Assembly: GCA_963722815.1 (NCBI GenBank)
Contig: CAVROM010000008.1
Span: 21,235-85,234, forward strand
Direction: 5' to 3'
From: an uncultured Solirubrobacteraceae bacterium
GTDB lineage: Bacteria; Actinomycetota; Thermoleophilia; Solirubrobacterales; Solirubrobacteraceae
Length of the DNA: 64,000 nt
Shown: positions 19,921-29,193 of the stretch, piece after piece
Position numbering within the stretch: the stretch's first letter is position 1
Layout: each line of letters begins with the position of its first letter
Notes under the pieces: model-generated
Told to the model about the DNA's origin: nothing
Seen by the model: the letters and a program-made list of their open reading frames with translations, nothing else
Databases searched by the model: none
Program-made: the position numbers and the translations under genes

Positions 19921-19954
19921 GAAGGGGGAGGTGGCGCTGCCACGATCCCCCTTC
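19921..19954 (-). terminator. GC-rich stem-loop between the GT1 operon and the SDR gene (possible terminator, no U-tract)
   Basis: GAAGGGGGA..TCCCCCTTC forms a 9-bp stem. It encloses an inner GTGGC-GCT-GCCAC hairpin. Confidence 0.3.
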
Positions 19955-20010
19955 GGCGTGCGTCGCCCTGCATCCACGGGTCACGCACATCCGGGCACGG
20001 CGGCCGCGGA

Positions 20011-21025
20011 TCAACCAACCAGCCGCGGCAGCAGCTGCTCGCGCACCACCGCGTCGACCGCCTCGCGCCGCCACGGCGCCAGCAGCGCTTGGGCCCGCTC
20101 GGCGTAGCCGGGCGCGGGGTGGTCGAGCGCGGTCCGGATCCCCTCGGAGATCCCGCCGACGAGCCGCGCGTCGAGCCCCCGCGCCAGCGGCAGCGCGGCG
20201 TACGGCCCGGGCGAGGGGGCGGTGACGAGCAGGCACCCGTCGGCGAGCGCCTCCAGCTGAGCGATCCCATAGTCCTCGCGCCGCGGAGCGCACACGAACA
20301 CCCGTGCCCGCCGCAGCAGCGCCCGGTAGTCGGCCCGCGAGAGCATCCCCGCGAACCGGACCCCCGCGGGGGCGAGCCCGGAGGGATCCGCTCCGGGGGA
20401 GCCCATCATCACGCCTCGCCAGCCCGCTTCATCAAGGCCGGCGACCACGAGCTCCTCCCCTTCGTGCCGGGCTGCCTCCCACGCGGCGAGCACACGATCC
20501 AGCCCCTTCTTCACCGGATTTGCCCCGTACGTGACCGCCGCGACATCTCGCTCCCCGGCAGGCGCCGGAGGACTCGACCGGCACGGGAACCACGACCGCG
20601 TCCGCGTGCGGGCGCGGCGCTTCGGAAGCCCGCCCTCGCTCCACGGCACGAGCAGCGGCGCATCGCGGAAGCGGCGGCGCTCGACCGGCCGCTGCCAGAC
20701 ACCGTGGCGGCCCGGGCGGTTGCCGGCGGCCGGGGCGTCGAAGCGGATCGCGCCCGGCCGGGGGGCGAGCAGGGCCGCGGTGGTCGAGGAGTAGACGATC
20801 GCCCGCGGGCGGTGCTCGTCGATCGCAGCGCGGGCGGCGGAGCGCGACGGAGAGCGCCCAGGCGAACTCGATCGGCGGCGTACGTCCGCCACTCCCGCGG
20901 CCGCTCGGCGGCGGCCACGACGACCGAAGCGCCGGCTCGCTCCAAGCGACGCCGCGAGCTCCTCGTCCGCTTCGCGCAGCCCCGCCGTGCCGCCCAGCGA
21001 GACGAGCAGGACGTCCGGGTCTCAC
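20011..21025 (-). pseudogene. GT-B (GT1/GT4 family) glycosyltransferase, at least 6 frame changes
   Basis: GTG 21025 overlaps the upstream stop (GTGA). The C-terminal signature RADYRALLRRARVFVCAPRREDYGIAQLEALADGCLLV is present. Homologous pieces (DVLLVSLGGTAGLREADEELAASL / ERAGASVVVAAAERPREW / IEFAWALSVA / AIDEHRPRAIVYSSTT.. / HADAVVVPVPVESSGA / PAGERDVAAVTYG..) alternate among all three frames. Confidence 0.8.
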
Positions 21026-21537
21026 GGCTTCGCCAGGTACGTGCCGCCGAAGCCCGGCGTCCGCACGAGCTGGATCGGGCTCAGCGGCGACGTCTTGTCG
21101 ACGTAGAAGCGCACCGCGTCGCGCTCCTCGATCGCCGCCACCGCCGACTCCTGCCGCCGCCACGCCAGCGCCCAGATGATCGCGAAGCCCGCCGCCACCG
21201 CCGCCACCTGCGGCAGGAAGAAGCCGATCACTCCCGCCACGAACGTCGAGCCCAGCAGCGGCCACAGGCGGTTCGCCACTGTCATCCCCGGCCGCAGCTC
21301 CGGCAGCGTGGTCTGCGCCTTCGCCGTCGCCAGCAGCCGCGCGATCGGCGGGTTCGCCTCGGCCCGCCGCCCGAGCCACACGCCGATCAGCGCCGCCGCC
21401 AGCCACCAGCCCGCAGCCACGTAGACCGCGAGCGGCTCGACGTCGCGCGCGAGCGAGATCACCGTCAGCGCGGCCAAGAGCGTCGCCGCTCCCGCGCTGA
21501 GCAGGACCGTCGCCTTCAGGAAGTCGACGAACCTCAC
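21022..21537 (-). CDS. hypothetical integral membrane protein (4 predicted TM helices)
   Basis: 171-aa ORF, first gene of a coupled pair with the GT1 gene. No family recognised. Confidence 0.6.
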   Translation of the reverse strand: MRFVDFLKATVLLSAGAATLLAALTVISLARDVEPLAVYVAAGWWLAAALIGVWLGRRAEANPPIARLLATAKAQTTLPELRPGMTVANRLWPLLGSTFVAGVIGFFLPQVAAVAAGFAIIWALAWRRQESAVAAIEERDAVRFYVDKTSPLSPIQLVRTPGFGGTYLAKP

Positions 21538-21547
21538 GCTGGAAGGG

Positions 21548-22345
21548 CTAGCGGATCAGCTCTCGCAGGAGGTCGCGCACGCCGTCCGTGCCGTCGACCA
21601 TCACGTCGGCCTCTGCCTCGAGCTCCGACGGCGTCTCGTCACCCGAGCTGACGCCCACGCGGATCGCGCGTTTCAGCGAGCCCAGCTCGACCAGCTCGCT
21701 CAGGCCGCGGAACGCGTCGATGTCCGTGGTGTCGTCGCCCACGTACAAGGCGGCCTCCAGCTCGCGATCGCGCAGCAGCGAGACGATCCCCGCGCCCTTG
21801 TCGATCCGCACCGGCGGCCGGATCTCGAGCACCTTGCGGCCCCAGTGGGCGTTGAAGCCCGCCTTCTCCGCCGCCTCGGCGACCTCGCGCACGCCGCGCT
21901 CGGCCTCCTCCTCGTCGGGCACGTCGCGCCAGTGCAGCGCTGCGATCGCCTCCTTGTCCTCCAGCCGCACCCGCAGCTTGCGCAGCGACTCCGAGTACGC
22001 CTCGCGGGCGAAGTTCTGCACCCGCCGCGTCCACGCCTGCAGCTCGCGGTCCATCTCCGGCGCGATCGAGCCCGGGTGCAGGATCTCGGACCCGTGCGAG
22101 CCGAGGTAGGCGATCGAGCCGAGCGACACGACGCGCCGCGCGTCCGACGCCCGCCGCCCCGACACGCACGCCACGACGCCGTAGCGCTTGGCCACCTCGA
22201 TCAGCGGCCGGCGCGTCGTCTCCGGCATGTGCGCGTCGTCTGGGTGCTGGACGATCGGGGCCAGCACGCCGTCGACGTCGAGCAGCACGGCTGAGCGCTC
22301 CGGGTCGTCCTTGAGCGGCTGGATGAGCTCTTCGAGGGCGGCCAC
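21548..22345 (-). CDS. otsB: trehalose-phosphate phosphatase (HAD superfamily)
   Basis: GTG 22345. HAD motifs LLDVDGVLAP, VSGR, and IDKG..YVGDDTTDIDAF are present, as is typical of OtsB. Confidence 0.85.
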   Translation of the reverse strand: MAALEELIQPLKDDPERSAVLLDVDGVLAPIVQHPDDAHMPETTRRPLIEVAKRYGVVACVSGRRASDARRVVSLGSIAYLGSHGSEILHPGSIAPEMDRELQAWTRRVQNFAREAYSESLRKLRVRLEDKEAIAALHWRDVPDEEEAERGVREVAEAAEKAGFNAHWGRKVLEIRPPVRIDKGAGIVSLLRDRELEAALYVGDDTTDIDAFRGLSELVELGSLKRAIRVGVSSGDETPSELEAEADVMVDGTDGVRDLLRELIR

Positions 22346-22363
22346 CGCCCTTAGTATGCAGAC

Positions 22364-22756
22364 ATGACGGAGACCACCACGGGCGACGGCTGGGCCGTCG
22401 GCAGCATCGACGCGATGGGCGACGGCCCGGGCTTCCGCAAGGTCCGCCGCGAGCTCGACGTCAAGGCCTTCGGCGTCAACGCCGTCGTCATGCCGCCGGG
22501 CTACGCCAGCGGCCCGCATTATCACGAGCGCCAGGAAGAGCTCTACCTCGTCCACCGCGGCGAGATCGAGTTCAGCTTCGGCGACGAGGACGCCGTCGTC
22601 CTCGGCCCCGGCGGGCTCGCCCGCGTCGACGCCGCCACCGTCCGCCGCTTCCGCAACACGTCGGACAGCGAGGAGGCCGTCTACCTCTGCGTCGGCGGCG
22701 CCGGCGGCTACGTCGGCCGCGACGGCCGCACGGTCGGCGACGAAGCGCCGCGCTAG
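22364..22756 (+). CDS. cupin domain protein
   Basis: 130 aa with the cupin motifs GPHYHERQEELYLVHRGE and P..VRRFRN. Confidence 0.8.
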   Translation: MTETTTGDGWAVGSIDAMGDGPGFRKVRRELDVKAFGVNAVVMPPGYASGPHYHERQEELYLVHRGEIEFSFGDEDAVVLGPGGLARVDAATVRRFRNTSDSEEAVYLCVGGAGGYVGRDGRTVGDEAPR

Positions 22757-22789
22757 GCGCCAAGCCAGGCAGCTCGCTGCCTAGCGGGG
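22752..22789 (+). repeat. 38-nt intergenic repeat, copy A (GCTAGGCGCCAAGCCAGGCAGCTCGCTGCCTAGCGGGG)
   Basis: Matches the reverse complement of 42131..42168 at 37 of 38 positions. Positions 3-5 are the TAG stop of the cupin gene. It contains the AGGCAG-CTCG-CTGCCT hairpin. Confidence 0.75.
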
Positions 22790-22800
22790 GGCTAGGGGGG

Positions 22801-23437
22801 CTAGAGCTCGATGTAGATGTCGTGCCCGGGCAGCTCGGTGAAGCCGAGCCGCTCGTAGATGCCGCGCCGCCCCGTCCGTGTCCGGGTTCAGGTGCGCGAT
22901 CTCGGCGCCGCGCTCGAACGCCTGCTCCAGCAGCCACGAGGAGACGCCCGCGGCGACGCCGCGCCGCCGCGCCTCCGGCAGCACCGCCACGCCGGCCACG
23001 TAGGCGCTCGGCCCCGCGCGGCCGTCCGACCGCAACACGTAGGCGGTCGCCACCGCCACGCCGTCGAGCGATCCGAGCGCGAACTCCACCCGCTCGGCCG
23101 ACAGGAGCGGCTCCAGCCAGCGCCGGTTCTCCTCCCGGTCGAGCCCGAACGCCGTCGAGTCGATGTGGAGCGCCGCCGCCAGGTCGTCCGGACCCGCCGC
23201 CCGCACCTCGAGCGCCGGCACCGCGTCGGCGGCCCGGAAGGCTGCCCGGTCGAGGGCCATCAGCCGCCGCCGGAACAGCAGCCGCCCGTGCTCCCACGGC
23301 ATCTCCTCCGGCACCCGCAACCCCCACGACACGCCGTGTGACGCGTAGAACGCCCGCGCGGCGTCGAGGTCCGGCTCCGGGCCCATCACGTCGCCGCTGT
23401 TGACCCCGTCGGCCTCGAAGCCGGCGGTCATCACCAC
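22801..23437 (-). pseudogene. GNAT family N-acetyltransferase, one frame change near the 3' end
   Basis: An acetyl-CoA binding segment (VAGVAVLPEARRRGVAAGV) is present. The C-terminal IYERLGFTELPGHDIYIEL plus stop (22801-22803) is in another frame, shifted at about 22865. The start may be 23437, 23431 or 23386. Confidence 0.75.
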
Positions 23438-23534
23438 CAGGTCGCGCGGCTCCGCGACCGCGCCGCCGCCGGCCGCCCGCAGCCGCCCCTGCTCCAGGAG
23501 CGCGTCGGCCTGCGCGACGCGGACGCGCGCCAGC

Positions 23535-23942
23535 TCAGGCAGTGCGGACCTCGGCGGTGCAGAACGCGCAGCGGTGGGCGGCCTCGGGGATGTCCGAGAG
23601 GCACTCCGGGCACGGCCGCGTCACCTGGTCGAGGGGCGGCTCGGGCTTCATCCGCGCCATCAGCGCGTTGAGCGGCCGCACGACGAAGAAGAAGATCACC
23701 GCGGCGATGATCAGGAACGACAGCAGCGCGTTGAAGAACGAGCCGTAGGTGAAGCGCGAGCCGTTGATGGTGAACGCGAGGGAGGAGAAGTCGGGCTTCC
23801 CGCCGATCGCCGCGATCAGCGGCGTGATGAACGATGCGACGAACGAGGTGACGAGGGCGCCGAACGCCGCGCCGATGACGACGGCGACCGCGAGTTCGAC
23901 GACGTTCCCGCGCAGCACGAAATCCCGGAACTCTTTGAGCAT
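23535..23942 (-). CDS. mscL: large-conductance mechanosensitive channel MscL with C-terminal CxxC..CxxC zinc-ribbon-like tail
   Basis: ATG 23942. MLKEFRDFVLRGNVVELAVAVVIGAAFGALVTSFV is the canonical MscL TM1 region. The tail is RPCPECLSDIPEAAHRCAFCTAEV. Confidence 0.9.
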   Translation of the reverse strand: MLKEFRDFVLRGNVVELAVAVVIGAAFGALVTSFVASFITPLIAAIGGKPDFSSLAFTINGSRFTYGSFFNALLSFLIIAAVIFFFVVRPLNALMARMKPEPPLDQVTRPCPECLSDIPEAAHRCAFCTAEVRTA

Positions 23943-23963
23943 GGGAGAATGCTCCCACCCACC

Positions 23964-24461
23964 ATGGACGACTCCCAGCGCCTCCACTGCATGATCGAGA
24001 TCCCCAAGGGGTCGCGCAACAAGTACGAGTGGGACCCGGACCTGCAGGCGATCAAGCTCAACCGCTTCCTGTTCTCGAGCGTCGTCTATCCCACCGACTA
24101 CGGGTTCATCACCGACACGCTCGGCGAGAGCGGCGAGGCGCTCGACGCGCTCGTGCTCACCGGAGCGCCCACCTTCCCCGGCTGCCTGATCGAGGTCCGC
24201 GCCGTCGGCGTACTGCGGATGGACGACGAGGAGGGCAAGGCCGACAAGGTCGTGTGCGTGCCCGCCGACGACCCGGCGTGGGACGAGGTCGAGGGCGTCG
24301 ACGGCCTCCCCGGTCAGCTGCGCACCGAGATCGAGCACTTCTACTCGATGTACAAGCAGCCGGAGGGCAAGGAGGTCGACGTCCACGGCTGGGAGGACCG
24401 CGATGTCGCGCTCGAGGCGGTCGACGCCGGCCTGAAGCGCTACGACGAGGACAGCTCGTAG
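23964..24461 (+). CDS. ppa: inorganic pyrophosphatase (family I)
   Basis: MIEIPKGSRNKYEWD, YPTDYGFI and DALDALVL motifs are present. An alternative start is ATG 23949. Confidence 0.92.
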   Translation: MDDSQRLHCMIEIPKGSRNKYEWDPDLQAIKLNRFLFSSVVYPTDYGFITDTLGESGEALDALVLTGAPTFPGCLIEVRAVGVLRMDDEEGKADKVVCVPADDPAWDEVEGVDGLPGQLRTEIEHFYSMYKQPEGKEVDVHGWEDRDVALEAVDAGLKRYDEDSS

Positions 24462-24472
24462 CGTCGGTCCCG

Positions 24473-26096
24473 CTGCTGTCGGCGCGCGGCGTCACGAAGT
24501 CCTTCGGCGGCCGCGAGATCCTCTCCGGCCTCGACCTGGAGCTCGCCGCCGGTGCCCGCATCGGCGTGCTCGGCCCCAACGGCGGCGGCAAGTCGACGCT
24601 GCTGCGCATCCTCGCCGGCGAGGAGCACCCGGACGCCGGGACGGTCACCAGCCGCCGCGGGCTGGTCATGGCCTCGCTCCCGCAGATCGTCGAGGGCGAC
24701 GGGCGGCCCGCGCTCGCCACCGTGCTCGACGCCCGCCCGGAGCTGACCGCGCTGGAGCGCGAGCTCGCCCAGGCCGAGAGCCGCATCGCCGACCCCGTCC
24801 TCGCCGGCGACATGCGCAAGCTCGAGCGCGCGCTCGCCAACCAGGAGCGGCTGCTCGGGCAGTGGTCGGAGCTCGGCGGCGAGCGCGCGGAGAGCGAGGC
24901 GCGCGCGCACCTGACCGCGCTCGGCCTCGACGACGATGCGCTCTCTCGCACCACGCGTGAGCTGAGCGGGGGCCAGCGCAAGCTCGTCGCGCTCGCTGCC
25001 TGCCTCGCGCGCCGCCCTGGGCTGCTGCTGCTCGACGAGCCCGAGGCGCACCTCGACATGAGCCGCCGCGATGCGCTCGAGCACCTGATCGACGACTTCG
25101 ACGGCGCCGTCCTCATGGTCTCCCACGACCGCCACCTGCTCGACGAGTGCGTCGACACCATCGCCGAACTCGACCGCGGGAAGGTCCGCATCTGGCCCGG
25201 CGCCTACTCCGCCTACACGGTCGCGCGCCGGCTCGAGCTCGAGCGCCAGCAGCAGCAGTGGGCTACCCAGCGCAAGGAGATCGCGCGGCTGGAGGAGGCG
25301 GTGCGGCGCTTCCGCCACTGGGCTCACATCACCGTCAACGAGCGCGCGGCCAAGCAGGCGCGCGTCAAGCAGATGCAGATCGACAAGATGGAGAAGATCG
25401 AGCGGCCGGTGCTCGAGCGGCGCAAGATGGCGCTCGAGCTGCGCAGCGCCGCGCGCGGCGGCCAGCGCGTGATCGCGCTCGAGCGGGCCGACTTCGCGTT
25501 CGGCGAGGACCCGGTGCTGCTCGACGTCGAGCTGGTCATCACGCGTGGCGAGCGCGTCGGCGTGGTCGGCCCGAACGGCGCCGGCAAGACCGTGCTGGCG
25601 CGCGTGCTGGCCGGCAGCCTCGAGCCGCGCAACGGCAGCCGCTGGGTCGGGCCGAGCATCGAGGTCGGCTACCTCTCCCAGGCGGCCGGCGACATGCCGG
25701 GCGAGCAGTCGGTGATCGACGCGCTGCGCGGCGGCCGCTCGCTGACCGAGGAGGCTGCGGTGCGGCTGTTGATGCGCTTCCTGTTCGACTACGAGCAGAT
25801 CCGGCGGCCGGTCGCGACGCTGAGCGGCGGCGAGCGCACTCGGCTCGCGTTCCTCGGGCTGATGGAGGACCGGCCCGAACTGCCTCGTGCTCGACGAGCC
25901 GACCAACCACCTCGACATCGACTCGATCGAGGTGCTCGAGGACGCGCTCGAGCGCTTCGACGGCACGGTGATCGCGGTCTCCCACGACCGCTACTTCCTC
26001 GACCGCATCGCCGACCGGATCGTGCTCGTCGCCGACGGCGAGGTCCGCTCGTTCGAGGGCGGCTGGTCGGCGAACGCCGACGTCCTGGCGGACTAG
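24473..26096 (+). pseudogene. ABC-F family ATPase (two ABC domains), one frame change; start codon unclear
   Basis: Walker A motifs GPNGGGKST and GPNGAGKT, and signatures LSGGQRK and LSGGERT, are present. The frame shifts at about 25877 (..LMEDRP | NCLVLDEPTNHLDIDS.. in ORF 25887..26096). The only in-frame starts near the N-terminus are CTG 24473 and 24476. Confidence 0.88.
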
Positions 26097-26737
26097 CCGG
26101 GAGGCTTCTGGCTCAGCGTCCGCTGCGCGTACTTGAGCGTGACGGTCGCCAGCGGATGCGCGCCGCCGCCGGTGCTCGCGAAGCCGGCGATCGCGACGGC
26201 GGTGAGGATGAGGCGCAGGCCCCCGCCGCCGGCGGTCGGGACGACGATCTCGACGTGCTTGTAGGGCTCGCCGCGCCGGAAGGCCCGTTCGAGGTCGTTG
26301 AGCCATCCGCCGTCCGGGAGCACGACGCTGATCTCGCCCGGCCCGCCGAACTCGTCGGGCTTCGGCGTCCGCGAGCCGCCGCCGGGATGCGGCGCGCCGA
26401 CGACGCCGAGGTTGACCGACTCGAGCGGCATGCCGGTCCCGTCGAAGAGGATCTGCTTCTCCCTCGGCCAGCCGCCGCCGCCCGCGGGCGCGGCGTGGGC
26501 GGCCTCGTGCGCGAGGCGGTCGAGCACCGCGCCGACGGCGCGATTGCCCGCGGTCTTCTGCAGTTCGAGCAGCCGCTCGTGCGGGCCGCCCGCGCCCGCG
26601 TGCTCGGCGCCGGCATGCCCGTCCTGCGTCTTCTCGTCCTCGGCCTGCGCCTTCTCCGCCTGCGGGTCCGGCCGCTCCAGCAGCCCTTCGAGATCGCCGT
26701 CGAACTCGAACCGGCTGCGCTTGCGCCGCCGGGCCAT
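26093..26737 (-). CDS. hypothetical protein: charged N-terminus with LLELQKTAGNRAV motif plus C-terminal Hcp-like beta-barrel candidate
   Basis: ATG 26737 overlaps the stop of the upstream small ORF (ATGA). There is no signal peptide. The C-terminal roughly 125 aa (GEISVVLPDGGWLNDLERAFRRGEPYKHVEIVV..LRLILTAVAIAGFASTGGGAHPLATVTLKYAQ) follow the residue pattern of T6SS Hcp. This is inference only. Confidence 0.6.
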   Translation of the reverse strand: MARRRKRSRFEFDGDLEGLLERPDPQAEKAQAEDEKTQDGHAGAEHAGAGGPHERLLELQKTAGNRAVGAVLDRLAHEAAHAAPAGGGGWPREKQILFDGTGMPLESVNLGVVGAPHPGGGSRTPKPDEFGGPGEISVVLPDGGWLNDLERAFRRGEPYKHVEIVVPTAGGGGLRLILTAVAIAGFASTGGGAHPLATVTLKYAQRTLSQKPPG

Positions 26738-27032
26738 CAGTCGCTGAACTCGAAGCGATAGGCGTTGCGCTGCTTCACGCACCGCCACTGGCCCGCGAGC
26801 GCGTTGCCGGACACGCGCTTGCAGCGGAAGCCGCCGGGCGTGCGGAAGCGGAAGCTGATCGAGTCGTGGTGACGGCGCAGGTCGCGCCGCGCGGTCTGCA
26901 GCGCATGTTGCGCGCCGAGGAGATCAGCAGGTTGAAGTCGGCCCGGGTGTGGCAGCTGCGCACCTTCGCGGGCGCCTCGGCCGGGACGAGGAGCAGGACC
27001 ACCGCCGTCACGAGGGCCACCGTCGTGCGCAT
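26737..27032 (-). pseudogene. small Sec-signal protein, one frame change
   Basis: ATG 27032: MRTTVALVTAVVLLLVPAEAPA is signal-like. The frame switches at about 26895 to ..LQTARRDLRRHHDSISFRFRTPGGFRCKRVSGNALAGQWRCVKQRNAYRFEFSD followed by the stop. Confidence 0.5.
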
Positions 27033-27084
27033 CGGCCGACCGTACCGCTTGACGGGGTGCCCGTGGAGGAGGTTGACTCGGCGG

Positions 27085-27860
27085 ATGCAATTCGCCGCTC
27101 CCGCCGAGCACTACGACCGCTTCATGGGCCGCTACGTCCCGCAGCTGGCGGTCGAGCTCGCCGACGCCGCCGGGGTCGTCGCCGGCATGCGCGCGCTCGA
27201 CGTCGGCTGCGGCCCGGGCGGGCTGACGCGCGAGCTGGCGTCCCGCGTCGGCGCCGACCACGTCGCCGCGATCGACCCCGCCGAGCAGTTCGCCGACGCC
27301 TGCCGCGAGCGCAACCCGGGCGCCGACGTGCGCGTCGGCGTCGCCGAGGAGCTGCCGTTCGAGGACGGCGCGTTCGACGTCGCGCTGTGCTCGCTCGTGT
27401 TCGCGTTCATGCGCGACGCCGCGGCGGGCGCGCGCGAGATGGCGCGCGTCACGCGGCCGGGCGGCGTCGTCGCCGGCTGCATGTGGGATGTCCCGGGCGG
27501 CGGCATGACGATGCTCAGCACGTTCTGGCGCGCGGCGCGCACGGTCGACCCGGAGACCGAGGGCGAGCAGGCGCGTGTCGGCGTGCGCGACGGCGAGATC
27601 GCGGAGCTGCTGCGCGGCGCCGGGCTCGAGGACGTGCAGTCGGGGACGCTGGCGACCTCGGCCAAGTACGCGGACTTCGACGACTTCTGGGAGCCGTTCA
27701 CGTTCGCCGTCGGCCCGGCAGGCTCGTACCTGCGCCAGCAGGACGCCGACCGCCAGCAGGCGATCCGCGACCACTGCTTCGCACTGCTCGGCGAGCCGTC
27801 CGGCCCGTTCGAGCTCAAGGCGCGCGCCTGGTACGCGCGCGGCACCGTCCGGCTAGCTAG
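27085..27860 (+). CDS. class I SAM-dependent methyltransferase; 3' end uncertain
   Basis: ATG 27085. The SAM motif LDVGCGPGGLT is present, along with a Methyltransf_11-like core. Homology ends at ..ARAWYARGTV (about 27850). As written there is no in-frame stop until 29190, and stops in the other two frames lie at 27854-27860, so an indel is suspected. Confidence 0.78.
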
Positions 27861-29193
27861 TCAGCTCGCGGGCCGCCTCGTCGAACACCTCGGTGTGGCG
27901 GTCGACGTCCGCCTCCGTGGTGGCGGGCGACATCAGCGCCATGTTGTGGAACGGCGTCAGCAGGATCCCGCGGTTGAGCGCGTACAGATGGATGAGGCGG
28001 TCGAGCCCCTCGTCGCCCGCCGCGGCGGCCTGCGCGCCGGTGCGCGCGCGCTCGGCGTGGAACAGGTACTCGACGCGGCAGCCGAGCCGCGTGACGTGCC
28101 ACGGCAGCCCGTGGCGGTCGATCGTCTGCTGCACGCCGGCCTCGAAGCGCTCGCCGAGCGCGATCATGCGCTCGAACGCCTCGTCGGTCAGCACCTCGGA
28201 GAGCGTCGCGCGCATCGCGGCGAACTGGAGCACGTTGGCGGCGAGCGTGCCGCCGATGCCGCCGGTGTCGGCGACCTCGTCGGTGATCTCGCGCTTCACG
28301 CGCTCCGCCACCTCGGCGGAGAAGCCGTAGGCGCCGGCCGGCACGCCGCCGGCGAGCGGCTTGCCGATCGTCAGCAGGTCGGGCTCGAGGCCGTGGGCCC
28401 GCGTGTAGCCGCCGGGGCCGGCCGACAGCGTGTGCGTCTCGTCGATGATCAGCAGCGTCCCGGTCTCGCGCGTCGCCGCCCGCAGCGCGTCGTGGTAGCC
28501 CGGCTCCGGCAGCACGATCCCGATGTTGGTGAGCGCCGGCTCGGCGAGCACGCACGCGACGTCGCCGTGGGCGAGCTCGCGCCGCAGCGCCTCGACGTCG
28601 TTGAACTCGACGACGCGCGTGGTCTCGGCGAGCGGCACCGGCGGGCCGATGTTGCCCTCGCGCGCGACGACGTTGCCGTCGCCGTCGAGCGTCGCGAACG
28701 TCTCGTCGACGGTGCCGTGGTAGCACCAGTTGAACACGAGGATCTTCGGCCGCCCGGTGATCGCGCGGGCGATCCGGATCGCGAAGCGGTTGGCGTCGGT
28801 GGCCGTGAGCGCGAACTGCCACGACGGCAGCCCGAAGCGCCGCTGCATCTCCTGCCCGACCCACAGCGCGTCCTCGCTCGGGAGCATCAGCGTGATCCCG
28901 CGCGGCGCCTGCTCGGCGATGGCGCGCAGCGTCGGCTCGGGCGCGTGGCCGGTCATCGCGCCGGTGTCGCCGAGACAGAGGTCGACGTACTCGTGGCCGT
29001 CGACGTCGGTGAAGCGCGCGCCCTTTGCGTGCGCCGCGAAGACCGGGAAGCCGCCGGGCCAGCGCACCATCCAGTGCATCGGCACGCCGCCGAGCAGCGT
29101 GCGCCCCGCCTCCTCGGCCAGCTCGAGCGAGCGCGGGTGCTCCGCGCGGAAGCGCTCCAGCTCGCGGGCCATCAGCTCCTCGACGCGTGACAT
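27853..29193 (-). CDS. class III pyridoxal-phosphate aminotransferase (glutamate-1-semialdehyde aminomutase-like)
   Basis: ATG 29193. 446 aa with LIIDETHT and GKPLAGG (PLP-Lys region), typical of the GSA-AT/aminotransferase III fold. Confidence 0.88.
   Translation of the reverse strand: MSRVEELMARELERFRAEHPRSLELAEEAGRTLLGGVPMHWMVRWPGGFPVFAAHAKGARFTDVDGHEYVDLCLGDTGAMTGHAPEPTLRAIAEQAPRGITLMLPSEDALWVGQEMQRRFGLPSWQFALTATDANRFAIRIARAITGRPKILVFNWCYHGTVDETFATLDGDGNVVAREGNIGPPVPLAETTRVVEFNDVEALRRELAHGDVACVLAEPALTNIGIVLPEPGYHDALRAATRETGTLLIIDETHTLSAGPGGYTRAHGLEPDLLTIGKPLAGGVPAGAYGFSAEVAERVKREITDEVADTGGIGGTLAANVLQFAAMRATLSEVLTDEAFERMIALGERFEAGVQQTIDRHGLPWHVTRLGCRVEYLFHAERARTGAQAAAAGDEGLDRLIHLYALNRGILLTPFHNMALMSPATTEADVDRHTEVFDEAARELTS

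Noticed and set aside
22786-22804. G6 runs (GGGGGGCTAGGGGGGCTAG) as a G-quadruplex.
   Set aside because: Only two G-tracts are present, which is not enough for an intramolecular G4. This is more simply a 9-nt tandem duplication at the edge of repeat copy A.
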